From the NCBI RefSeq assembly GCF_037042905.1, contig NC_087251.1:36520001-36584000 (forward strand): 64,000 nucleotides of DNA, written 5' to 3'. This document shows, in pieces, positions 10,406 through 51,690 of the stretch; the stretch's first letter is position 1; the number at the start of each line of letters is the position of its first letter. The position numbers and the translations under genes are program-made. Under the pieces are notes generated by a model. That model was given only the letters and a program-made list of their open reading frames with translations. It made no database searches and was not told where the DNA came from. The stretch comes from Lytechinus pictus. Lineage: Eukaryota.

Positions 10406-13368
10406 TGGATGAATTCATAAATTTTGAAAGTCCTCAAGAATTTTATACTTTTTTCATAAAAAGTCTTACAGATGTTATTCTTAAGACAGTTCCTTCTAAC
10501 ACAAAAACACAGCATAACCCTATTCCTTGGTGGACTCCCGAATGTACCAAAAGCATAAAAGCGAGGAATAGAGCTAAAAATAAACTAACAAGACATATAT
10601 CTGTACAAAATCTTGCCTCTTTCAAGGAAAAAAAGGCAGAAGCACAAAAAATTCTACGTAAAACGAAAAAGGAATATTGGGATTTATTCTGCAAAAAACT
10701 CAACCGTTTCGTTCCCGAAGGCAAAATATGGGCAACAATCAAACGGATGAACGGCATAACTAGCAAGAAATCTAACAGAATGTCGGCACTTATTGAAAAT
10801 AACAAGGTAATAACAAAAGATCCAGACAAATCAGAATTATTAGGTAATCATTTTCAGGAAATAGGATCATCTACCTTTCCAACAAAAAAACAATTACCCA
10901 ACCTTGAATTTGAGATTTTTCAGGCACAATCTGAAGGTTTAGATCATGTAATAAATGAATCTTTCACAATTTTGGAACTAGAAAAGGTTCTCAAAACCTG
11001 CAAAAATTCAGCCCCAGGTAAAGACAACATCCCTTATATCGTTTATCAAAATCTTCCTCTTAAATCTAAAAAAGTTATGTTGAAAATAATGAACAAAATT
11101 TGGGACTCGGGAGATATACCACATGAAATGAAACATTCTACTCTCGTTCCGATTCTTAAGGAAAAGAAAGATCCTAAACTTGTCTCTTCATATAGACCTA
11201 TAGCTCTTTCTTCGTGCTTCTCCAAAATATTTGAACGCATGGTTAAAGGAAGACTTGAATGGTACATTGAAAAACATCATATTTTGCCTCCCATAATCAG
11301 CGGCTTCCGAAAAAACCACAACACCACTGATAGTATTGTTGATTTGGAAAACACTATTCAAAAAACTATTAACAATGGAGAACATACTTTGGCTCTATTT
11401 TTAGACGTCGAAAAGGCGTACGATAGATTGTGGATAAAAGGTCTAATTTACAAATTATTGCAGTGTGGTATAAAGGGTAAAATGCTAACTTTTCTCTACA
11501 ACTACCTTTCAAATAGAACATTTCAAGTTACAATTGGAAAGAGTGAATCAAAAATATATGTAATGCAAAACGGACTCCCACAAGGAAGTACTCTTAGTCC
11601 CATATTATATAATATCATGATGAGGGACATCCCTATCATCAATCCAGTCACCACATCTATATATGCAGATGATATAGCAGTCTGGATGTCCGGGAATCAA
11701 TTAGATGTAACCTCAAACAAAATTCAAGAATATCTTAATAAATTACACGAATGGTTTAATAAATGGGGTTTCCGTCTCTCCTCTCATAAAACCGCTCTGG
11801 TTTTATTTACAAAAGCTCCCCAAAATAATTGCCCTGAGATAAAACTAGGAGAGAATCGTCTAACTTTCAACTCTGTTAAAAAGTTTTTAGGTGTCACTTT
11901 TGATCACCGACTTACATGGCATACCCATATCGAGGATATAGTGACAAGGTGTAAAAGGAAACTGAACATTCTCAGAAGCCTTACTGGAACATTATTTGGA
12001 AGCTCCTCCAAATCCCTCCTCATTGTTTATAGGGCAATAATAAGATCGCTAATGGATTATGGGTGCGAGGCTTATAATAGTGCATCCCAAACAATGAAAG
12101 CAAAATTAGATGCAATTCAATATCAAGCATTAAGGATTTGTGTTGGAGGGCTCCCTCTTACTTCACTAGAAGCCCTACAGGCTGAACTCGGGGAAATGCC
12201 CCTCGACCTGAGAAGAAGAGCACTCACAGATAAGTTCAGGACAAAGATTGAAACACATGAAGACCATCCAATTTTGCTTAATATAAAACCATGCTGGCAA
12301 TTCGATTTATCCAAAACTCAAAAAAATAATAAACCTTTTGGAATCAGAGCAGAAAAAATAAACTATTCTGTAGAATCATATATATACGCTTTTCCTCCAT
12401 GGCTTTTTCAACGCCCGAAGGTTTCAGTAGAACTGAACAAGGAATTAAATAAACATGACCATCCATTATACCAAAAACAAAAAAGCCTCAATCTTATTAA
12501 CTCAAAATGGTCAAATCAACTCCATATTTACACAGATGGATCCAAAGAACCCGTCACTGGAGCCTGTGCTGCCTCCTTTTACGCTCCAGCTTTCCATTAC
12601 TCCCAGTCTAAACGCCTCACTGATTATACTTCATCATATAGAGCTGAATTAGCAGCAATTATCTTAGCCCTCCACTGGTTAGAAAATCTTGATATATACG
12701 TAGGAGTAGTAATATTTAGTGACTCATTAAGCTCCCTCGTAGCAATATCAGAACAAAAAGAAGTACCTTTTGTCTCAGAAATTCTTACCCTACTAACAAA
12801 TCTAACATATTTAGGCATAGATATAAACTTTGAATGGATCCCCAGCCACTGCGGTATTAGTGGGAACGAGATGGCGGACATGAAAGCAAAAAATGCATTG
12901 AAGAAAAAAATCGAAATCAACAACAAATTATCTTTAACAGAAATAAAACATCTCATTTTCAAAAGATACAATCTAGAATGGCAAAAAAGATGGAATGAAT
13001 CCCACCGCCTACTCAAATTATACCATCCCACTGTTAATTCTCCATTTTTTTGTTCCCTAATTAGATTCCACGAAACCATTATCCACAGACTCCGTTTTGG
13101 CGTAATAGGATTGAACTACGATTTAAAAAGACTTAATATACACCCCACGGGACTTTGTGATACGTGTCAGCCTAAAAAATTTGAAACAGTTGAGCATTTC
13201 TTAATGGAATGTTCCAAATATATAATAGAGAGAGCCATGCTACTTACAGAAACAAATCTATCAACCCCCCAAAAAATAATGGATCTCTTAAAGAGTACTA
13301 AGGTAGAATCCCAATCTGCACTAGTCCGTTTCGTGCTCAGAACGAAACGACTATATAAATCTGAATGA
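10303..13368 (+). CDS. LINE ORF2 continuation in the -1 frame: reverse transcriptase, RNase H, CCHC
   Basis: Frame is open from 10303: WSFKNTKWADF, PWW, SAPGKD, YRPIAL, FLDVEKAYD, GLPQGS, YADD (11662-11673), KFLGV; RNase H IYTDGSK/RAELAAI/FSDS/WIPSHCGISGNEMAD; CDTC...VEHFLMEC. Confidence 0.92.
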   Translation, partial: RQDTAPRKDNSTHRKFWSFKNTKWADFAKKCEELMDEFINFESPQEFYTFFIKSLTDVILKTVPSNTKTQHNPIPWWTPECTKSIKARNRAKNKLTRHISVQNLASFKEKKAEAQKILRKTKKEYWDLFCKKLNRFVPEGKIWATIKRMNGITSKKSNRMSALIENNKVITKDPDKSELLGNHFQEIGSSTFPTKKQLPNLEFEIFQAQSEGLDHVINESFTILELEKVLKTCKNSAPGKDNIPYIVYQNLPLKSKKVMLKIMNKIWDSGDIPHEMKHSTLVPILKEKKDPKLVSSYRPIALSSCFSKIFERMVKGRLEWYIEKHHILPPIISGFRKNHNTTDSIVDLENTIQKTINNGEHTLALFLDVEKAYDRLWIKGLIYKLLQCGIKGKMLTFLYNYLSNRTFQVTIGKSESKIYVMQNGLPQGSTLSPILYNIMMRDIPIINPVTTSIYADDIAVWMSGNQLDVTSNKIQEYLNKLHEWFNKWGFRLSSHKTALVLFTKAPQNNCPEIKLGENRLTFNSVKKFLGVTFDHRLTWHTHIEDIVTRCKRKLNILRSLTGTLFGSSSKSLLIVYRAIIRSLMDYGCEAYNSASQTMKAKLDAIQYQALRICVGGLPLTSLEALQAELGEMPLDLRRRALTDKFRTKIETHEDHPILLNIKPCWQFDLSKTQKNNKPFGIRAEKINYSVESYIYAFPPWLFQRPKVSVELNKELNKHDHPLYQKQKSLNLINSKWSNQLHIYTDGSKEPVTGACAASFYAPAFHYSQSKRLTDYTSSYRAELAAIILALHWLENLDIYVGVVIFSDSLSSLVAISEQKEVPFVSEILTLLTNLTYLGIDINFEWIPSHCGISGNEMADMKAKNALKKKIEINNKLSLTEIKHLIFKRYNLEWQKRWNESHRLLKLYHPTVNSPFFCSLIRFHETIIHRLRFGVIGLNYDLKRLNIHPTGLCDTCQPKKFETVEHFLMECSKYIIERAMLLTETNLSTPQKIMDLLKSTKVESQSALVRFVLRTKRLYKSE

Positions 13369-13719
13369 GGGGAAAAAAAAAAAAAAAAAAAAAAAAAATA
13401 TCCTCCTTTCTTTCCTTTTGCTAATTATCCGAGTTTTTTTTTTAATTTTGCGTTTTGTCAGGGGGACAGAAAGGAGATAAGAATGAAGAGAGAAGTTTCG
13501 TTGTTTATTTGTTGGTTTGTTTAGTTCTTTTTTCAAATTTTTGGTTTTGTCTTTGTTTTGTTTTTGTTTGTTTTTTGCACTTTCATCTCATACTTTAGTT
13601 TCGGTTTCCCGAAACCTGAAGTTTTATCAGGCCACAAATCCAGTTTTCTTTTGTTTTCTCTGTTGCAGCTTACTGTAGCAGAAGAATATCAAACGTGCTG
13701 CAAGAATCAGAACGCATAC

Positions 13720-14095
13720 AAAAGAAAAATAAATAAAGAAAGAAAAGGAAGGGAAAGAAAAAGAAATAAAAAGAAAAAAGAGAAAAGAAAAGAAAAGAAA
13801 AGAAAAGAAAAGAAAAAAAGAAAAAGAAATAAAAAGAAAAAAGAGAAAAGAAAAGAAAAGAAAAAAAAGAAAAAGAATACAAAAAAGAGACAAAAGAAGA
13901 AAAATAAGAAGAAAAGAAAAAGAAAAAAATAGAAAAAAAAGAAAAGAAAAGAAAAGAAAAAAAAGAAAAAAGAAGACAAAAAAGAAAAGAAAAAAAAATA
14001 ACATGAAAAGGAAAAAGAAGAAAAAAAAGAAGAAAATTATAGAAAAGAAAATGAAGGAAAAAGGAAAAAAATATTAAAAGAGAGAAGGAAAAAAA
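13720..14095 (+). repeat. (GAAAA)n-rich tract after the LINE 3' end
   Basis: Degenerate aaaag repeats. Confidence 0.9.
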
Positions 14096-14149
14096 ATTAT
14101 AATAAGCTACTGAAAATGAACAAAAGCTGTGGCAAAAATAGTCAATCCT

Positions 14150-14450
14150 GACTGGTTGCCAACCAAGGAAAGAAGAAGAAGAAGAAGAAGCTTCCTGTAC
14201 AAACGACTTTTAATGCACACCGGCAAAATTTTCCGACGTTTTTGCTTCGTTTTGGGAATTATTTCGAAGTTTTGAGGGCCGCCCATATTGCGGCTTAAGT
14301 TGTAAGTATGTATTGATTCCTTTGTAACAGTTTTGTGCAATTTTATGTATTTTTGATTGATTCCCGATGCTCATCTGGTTTGATCTGGTGAGCCGGGGTG
14401 AATCACAACGCAGCCCGAACACAGTACGTGTTCGGGCTGCCGCAGTAAGT
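14150..14450 (+). promoter_or_regulatory. Candidate DZANK1 promoter / non-coding first exon
   Basis: CpG-rich unique sequence ending at a consensus donor gca|gtaagt (14445). Coding exon 1 has an acceptor-like tactttcaaatag just upstream (~17828), which implies a 5' UTR exon further upstream. Confidence 0.35.
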
Positions 14451-15437
14451 GATGGGGATGCTGGAATATTTCAGTAAATAATTAATAAATTATTGAGTGG
14501 AACTGGACACATTCAAACGTCATGAACGACTAAGTTAGATCTCAAGACGTTAATCTCAAACTCAAACTTCAAAGTCATGGAGTTAGATAACTTAGCATAC
14601 ATACACAAAATCTCATGTATGGGACTGAGATTTTTGTAAATTTGAAACTTAGTCTCTTAAACTACCTTAATAATACAATCAAACAAGGAAAATGACATAC
14701 CATTTGATCAGACTTTTTCTTGTAATGAACGCCAGCTATAATTGCACCTGCAGTAACAATAGACAAGCAAAGCGTTACTTTGGAAGCTGTTGACATGTTC
14801 AAATAAAATGTTTGTCGAGGTGTCAACTGTCTCAGGCTAAATCGCCAAATCCCCTAGATTTCGACGGTACCACTCGTCCTTCTCCCTGCCCGAGCTCCGG
14901 GGTACAATGATCTCAAAAGACTCACCGCACAACAAATTTCGCAGCGTCCTTTGCAACTTTGGAAACGGCTAATGTGGGACCGTTCATTATGTAAGATAGG
15001 GTACAAGTGATTTATATTTTTATAAATTTATATGTTATTACATTTAAGGTGTAAATTTGAAACTACGATGAATTATATATACTATTCATGACTTATTGAA
15101 ATAGTTCAATTTGTATTATTTGAATACAATTCACAAGTGCTGAATCATTACAACTAAAAATCTACCTACACAAGAAATGGAATTTACCAGATACGAGAAT
15201 TTGTCTCCCGAGAACGGTCGAGTGAAGGAAAACATTTTGATTAAGTAAGAATTTTAGTTAGAAATGTTTGATATTACATTTGAAAATTAAGCGAGATTTA
15301 TATTCAATGATTTTCCGATTATAGTCCTTGTTATTTTTTAGTAGTATATGCTTGTTATGGAGACAATATGACTATGCTTGTGTTGTGATTATCGGGGTGA
15401 TGAGTTTGGCCGTTGGCGCTGGCTGGCGTACGGTACG

Positions 15438-15557
15438 GTACTAGTCTTGAGGACTCCCATGATGATGTTTTATCAATCTGACATATACTTCTTATCATGA
15501 TAAGAAGTATATGTCAGATTGATAAAACATCATCATGGGAGTCCTCAAGACTAGTAC
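15438..15557. repeat. 120-bp perfect palindrome, probably a minimal MITE (15442-15553)
   Basis: Two 60-bp arms with no mismatch and no spacer; centre at 15497|15498; flanked by (gtacg)n direct repeats. Confidence 0.95.
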
Positions 15558-16275
15558 GGTACGGTACCGGTAGTGGCAGAGATTTCCCAGATGCAGAGTG
15601 CAAAATCTTGTAAACAGTCGGATCGGTGCAATGGCAATGACCAATATGCCTCTATAAAAATAAGTATAACCCAAACCTAAATTTAAAGTTCTACTTTACA
15701 ATTTGACTAGTAGTTCTACATATATGCACCTGTACGTATTTTACCTGTAATTCCCCTTTACTTTAGTACAGCTGACTGTAGACAGGAATAACCATCGTTT
15801 CTGGGGATTTCCTTAACAATTCTGACATTTCACCATAATCATATGTATGGTGAGTGGAGCCAACGTAGTTCAGCGGAACAACCAAAATACAGAGACTGAA
15901 GCTTTTGGTCTAAGCTGACTGCTGTTGTTGATCCGCCCCTATCGCCGTTAGAGGAAGAAGTTCAGTGCACTGCAGTGGTGTGCACTGTGAATGGTGTGGA
16001 CTTTAACTTGCATTTGCCATGTTTTTGTTGCAGTCATTCATCTACTTTTCAACTTTGACAATGTATCACTTTGATGTTTTACGCATTTTTAAACATTTTA
16101 GATTTCTAACCTTATTCAAATATATATTTTCACTTTTTTCAGAATATATTTGAAAATTTAGATGATTGAATTTTTGTAATTTTTATAGCTCTTCCTCTTC
16201 TATAAAGTTTAAATCTGTTTCATTTTTCCAAGCATTCTTTCTGTCTTTCTCCCCCCTTTCAATGTGTGCACTGGT

Positions 16276-16693
16276 CCCGGGGGGGGGGGGGGATATATTG
16301 CTGTACACACGCGTGACCAAAAAAATGTGTTTAAAGGGGTGTTTTTTTTTTCAGTTTTGGACGCGGTCCGCGCGTGGACTCGTTAAGGGTATCAAAAAAA
16401 AGGGTGGTTTTGAAAGACTGGTCAATGGTCATTCGAGGGGTCAGATGTATTTAGGGTATGTTTTTTTACCCAAAGCTTTTTTTTAAGACTAGTTCAACGT
16501 GTTTAGGGTATGTTTTTTTTTTCCAAGCCTTTCCCCGAGGTCATATTTTGGCGACAACTTGTTTAGGGGCCAAAATGTGTAAATAAAGCCCGCGAAAACT
16601 TGTTTAGGGGGTTATTTTGCGCACAGAGAAAAACTCGTTTAGGGGGTGTTTGGAAATTACTTGGTCACGCGTGTGTACAGCAATATATTTGAG
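16276..16693. mobile_element. MITE of the CCCGGGG-ended family, ends damaged
   Basis: 28-bp perfect inverted repeat at 16293-16320 / 16661-16688; internal gtttagggg repeats. Confidence 0.8.
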
Positions 16694-17136
16694 CTCCTCA
16701 AAAAGCACAAGAGAGTGATTTTATGGAGCTCAATTGAGCTCTTGAAAAAATAAGGAATATGATTTGTAGAGCTACACCAAAATCTAAGTGTGAAGGCATG
16801 CATGCAGCACCACTGTAAGATCACTGTCATAAATAATCCTTAAATCAAATTAAGGGTTTTTTTATCAAGTACTATATGATCATATAGGCATTTCATTCAG
16901 GATGAATACTGAGTTTTTCTGTGAAAAGATACTAGAAATGGTAAGTCTTTTTTATGGAAATCAACTTCACTTTCATCAAAAGTTCCTCTGTCTTTTTATA
17001 TCCATAGTTGTATTTGAATTTGATTAAGTTTACATTTATTCTGTAAGTTAATATATTTCAGTGATGTTTTATATATTATATATATACCATTAACTGAAAA
17101 CTGTATGTGGATTCATCTATAGATGTGGGGATTTTC

Positions 17137-17685
17137 CCCGGGGGGGGCACTCGACCAAAAAAGTGGTAGGGGTGTGCCGCGGGCGAGGCAAAAAACGGGG
17201 GCCTTGGAGCGGGCTTATTATAAAAAGGAGGGTCCTCGGAACGGGCTTCGGAACTACAAATGTTTGTGAAAACGGGGGTCCTCGGAACGGATCTCCGTAT
17301 CTCTGTGAGTGCGTATGCATCCCTATGGAACGGGCAATCGTGCATGACGCGACGCAGCTAGCGCGGCCTCCGCCGGGTGCGCTCGCGCTTAGGCGATGGT
17401 CGAAAAGCGCTCTAGAACGGCCGCTTTTCACCAAAATTGTAGCACATTAATGCGACCGGAATGGCGTAACGAAAAATATGCGAAGCTTTGGAGCGGATTT
17501 CTTTCTTCTTTTTTCTCGATAAGAAGGAAATGCTATGCCTTGGAGCGGCTTTCTTTGTTCTTTTTCTCAATAAGACAAAAATGCTATGCCTTGGAACGGA
17601 AATTTGAGTGTAAAAATGGGGGTCCCCTCCCTCCGCGGCACATACCCACTATGCATTATATACTGAGTGCCCCCCCCCCCCCGGG
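17137..17685. mobile_element. MITE with CCCGGGG...CACTC TIRs and an 8-bp TSD
   Basis: TIRs cccg(n)cactc / gagtgc(n)cggg; GGATTTTC duplicated at 17129-17136 and 17686-17693. Confidence 0.88.
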
Positions 17686-17886
17686 GGATTTTCAGTAGGT
17701 TGAGCAATGTGCTTTCAAGGAGAAAGAGTTGAGATAAGAAGATGCTTTTATTTTGATGTTTAAAATGAAATACCCTCATAATTTTTTTTCTCATCTTCAT
17801 GAATTATACCCATTGTACTTTCAAATAGATATATCTAGTCCTCGGACAAGTTTTTGTGTTCAGCTGAGCCTCCAAGAAAGATCAAG

Positions 17887-48202
<30,316 letters not shown>

Positions 48203-48299
48203 TCAACTTGTTCAAGAATATCTGATTTTTTTTATTGGTGAACAATATCTTTCTTGCTTCGTGTAAGGAGTATGCAAGTACAATAACCCGTTGGAAGAA

Positions 48300-49020
48300 A
48301 TACAGTGTCACACACTGTGGTTACTGTGTGTTCACATAGTGGACTATGCAAACACAGTGATATGCACACCGTAAAAATTCTGGACTTTTACAGTATGGAG
48401 ATAATTTCTCTACAGTGTGAGCATTTACAGTGTGTTCATCTAGTGGATTATGTGGAAAGGAGATTTACACTGAAAATGCTCATATTCAATAATGTGAAAG
48501 TGATTTCACACTGTAGACCCCTTTACAGTGTGATGTTCACCCCTTTACAGTGTGATGTTCACTGTGTATTCTCATAGTTGACTATGAAAAAGGGATTGAT
48601 GTTTTTAAAATATTGAAATTCAACAGTGTGGAGATGATTTCACACTGTGGACACGTACAGTGTGAGTGTTCACACTGTCTTCACACAGTGGACTATGTGA
48701 AGATGTGACTCACTATGTGAAAATGCTCAAATCTAACAGTGTGGAATAATTTCACACTCTAGAAACTTCTACAGTATGAGTTTTCCCCACACTGTTCACA
48801 TATTGGACTCTATGAAGATGCCATTCCTGCTGTCAAAATGCTCAAATATGACACAGTGTGGAGGTGATTACACACTGTGGACACTTCTACAGTGTGAGTG
48901 TCTATAGTGTGTTCTTGTAGTGGAGTATGTGAAAAGTAACTCACACTGTTAAAATATTCAAACTAAACAGTGTGAAGGGACTGTGTTCCACACTGCAAAC
49001 ACCGTGAGACACACTGTGGG
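48300..49020 (+). repeat. Diverged ~115-bp tandem repeat in the DZANK1 3' UTR
   Basis: Units start at ~48389, 48487, 48621, 48734, 48852 and 48965; most contain acagtgtg...cacactgt. Confidence 0.8.
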
Positions 49021-50470
49021 GTATTGTGTTCTTACCAGCTTGGCATGTTTAAATGTCTTTTGACTTACCAATAAGTCTTTCAATTTGAATCCATCTTGAC
49101 ACCCCAGCCATGACACACTTCTTTCACTAACATTCAACAAGTAAAGCCATGATATGATAATGACAACCAAAACAAGATGAAATACATAATGAAAATGAAT
49201 AAACCACCTTTTATTATTTGAATCCCACATATTACCCTCCACCCTCCTTACCACAAGTGTATATCAAAAGTCTCCCTAAATTGACACTTGTAACTGTTAA
49301 TGCAATTTTGTGTAATTTGCGTGGATATGTGATAATATTGGCCCCACTCATTTCATATTCAATGTGAATACTTTTTTTTAAAATCAGTTTTAACCCCAAA
49401 CCTCTGTATTCACCCGTAACCAACCAAAGCACAGGATTTCAGTAGCTTATAACAGTGAAACGGCCCAGTTATCAAGAGGCAAATAATGCCAACATATATT
49501 ACTTGTAGTTTGTGTTCTTGGTAAGATCAGTACTATTGTTATTATTATTATTGTTTATTTGGCATTTCAAACAAACAGAACCATAGAATGATGACATTAC
49601 AAAGTATGACAGAATTTTAGAAAGGACTCCCCCGCTGCAGGCCAGGAGTTGCCTGGAAGAAAAAAAAGAGTAAAATTTCTGTAACCCGCAAGTCATTCGT
49701 ATATCACCCACAATGATGATATTTTATATGCTCATCAGTTTGAAGAAATTTGAAATAAAATATTTGACTGAAATTGCTTTTGAATAATTCTTATCAGTGT
49801 TTCAGACTATTGTACTGTATTGTAATGGCACATTCTGCAGTTTTCATAATTGTGCATTTCTTTGACCATTGACTGTATTACTTTCATAGAAACTCTTAGA
49901 CTGATTTTCTGATTGAATTGACTGATAGAGATAAAAAGTGTGCTATTGAAGAATATTACCCAATATAATATTACCCAATTACCCAATTCAACTTTTCCTT
50001 TGATACACATGAAATGGTGAACAAGTATGTAGGTTATGCAGTTACTAGAGAAGTTTAATGTTGAACGATCTTAATAGTTCGATACTTGAGGAATAAACTA
50101 CAAGTTTTAATGCAATATTTCTACATAGAATTGCAGTTGTTACATGTAAACTCGTCGGCTTTGCATTTGGGGCTTTTGGCAAGTAAATTGTACCTTTGCA
50201 GCATGCAACTTGTGAGATAAAACAACAGTTCTAATTATTATAATTGTACAGGGTGGATTTTGTGACTTCTTGCTTACTACTATTGTGCAGATAACTATGC
50301 TTTACAATGTTATGTAAATAATGTATTTTTTTATTTTTTAAACTGTAGCTTTGTATTCCTAAATCCAAACCTTGAATGTTATTTAATCTTTATACTGTGC
50401 AATCTTACAATAGATTATTCATGGCTGATGTAATTGATAACCAAAAAATTTGTAAGTCTTTTCAAAATGA

Positions 50471-50476
50471 AATAAA
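50471..50476 (+). terminator. Candidate DZANK1 polyadenylation signal
   Basis: AATAAA after an AU-rich stretch and followed by a GU-rich tract (tgtgatgtatttggt). Other AATAAA copies at 49754 and 50092 are alternatives. Confidence 0.4.
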
Positions 50477-50553
50477 TTTGAATGAAAAAAATGTGATGTA
50501 TTTGGTCCTATATTCTGAAATCTGAGTTTGTGATTGATTGCACTAGGAGTTGT

Positions 50554-50836
50554 GGAGCGTCGTGGCCCAGTGGTTTAGTCTCCGGACTTTGAAACAGAGG
50601 GTCGTGGGTTCAAATCCCGGCCATGGAGTAATTTCCTTCAGCAAGGAATTCATCCACAGTGTGCTGCACTCGACCCCGGTGTACCGGCAGGAAGTAATTC
50701 CTCAAAAAGCTGTGTGCACCGAACAGGTAGCCTAGCTTAGCCGGGTAATAATAATAGCATGGCCCGCTGGGAGAACAGTTTTTAGAACTGAAGTGGCTAC
50801 CCTGGGTAAATATACCGTTATTATTATTATTATTAT
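50554..50836 (+). mobile_element. tRNA-derived SINE
   Basis: A-box tggcccagtgg, B-box ggttcaaatcc, core shared with 37412-37690, (ATT)n tail. Confidence 0.85.
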
Positions 50837-50979
50837 GATCACTCCTGAAAATTACCCACAAAACCATTTGCTAAGCCGTATGTTATGGGCTCTGATCTGT
50901 GCAAGTTATCCATTACATACACTGTGGGAGATGTACGCCTGTTCTTTCATAGTAAATGGAAAATCTGTGATTTCACTTT

Positions 50980-51690
50980 TCCTAAACCATCTTATCCCTT
51001 TAACCACTCCATGATCCTACTGCTATACTCTAGACGACATCTCAGAGCAAAAAGGGTGTTAAAACTTTAACCTCGAAGCAAAAGTAATGCCATTCTGGCT
51101 CTCAAAATGGGATGTTTGCATTCTTCCTAACCCATCTCGTCCCTTGTAACCATTCATGTTGAAGACATCATCTCCTGAGAGCAAAAAGGGCCTATTCCTT
51201 CACTTTACATAGAAGTACCATCCTTCTGGCTGTCAAAATGGGAATGTTTCCATTCTTCTTTAACCATCTCATCTCTTAGCCCATTTCCTGCTCCTACCGC
51301 CATATTGAATACACCACCTCCTTGAAGCAAGAAGGGCATTAACCTGTCACTTCACACAGTAATACTGTCCTTTTGTCCTCAAATGGGGGAATGTTTCTGT
51401 TCCCCCTAAACCATTTTGTCCCTTTAAATTCTCCACAATCTAACTGCCATACTGAAGATGTCATCTCAGAGCAAAAAGGATGTTAAACATTCACTATACA
51501 CGAGAATAATTATCGCCTTTCTGGCTCTCAAGTGGGAATGTTTCCATTCTTCCAAAACCGTTTCATCCCTTAAACCATTTTGTGATCCTACCGCCATACT
51601 GAAGACATCATCCCCTTGGAGCTAGAAGGGCCTTAACCCTTCACTCCACACAGAAGTACCGTCCTTCTGGCTCTCGAAAAGGGGACGTTT
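50980..51690 (+). repeat. ~147-bp diverged tandem repeat, about 5 units
   Basis: ttctggctctcaaaatggga-like motif at ~51093, 51225, 51372, 51519 and 51665. Confidence 0.85.

Larger units (their letters stand above)
8281..13730 (+). mobile_element. Near full-length non-LTR retrotransposon, I group (I/Nimb-like)
   Basis: ORF1 with three CCHC knuckles, then ORF2 with APE, RT, RNase H and a C-terminal zinc knuckle. A 3' stem-loop (tgtagca...tgctgca, ~13674-13702) precedes an A-rich tail. The exact 5' end and TSD are not resolved. Confidence 0.9.

Noticed and set aside
8316..13079. Antisense ORFs overlapping the LINE
   Set aside because: Shadow frames of the + strand ORFs with no recognisable motifs.
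13558..14004. Lys/Arg-rich and Phe-rich ORFs after the LINE
   Set aside because: Translation of (GAAAA)n.
50554..50625. tRNA gene
   Set aside because: A and B boxes are present, but the sequence continues into a SINE core and tail shared with other copies, and I found no clean cloverleaf.
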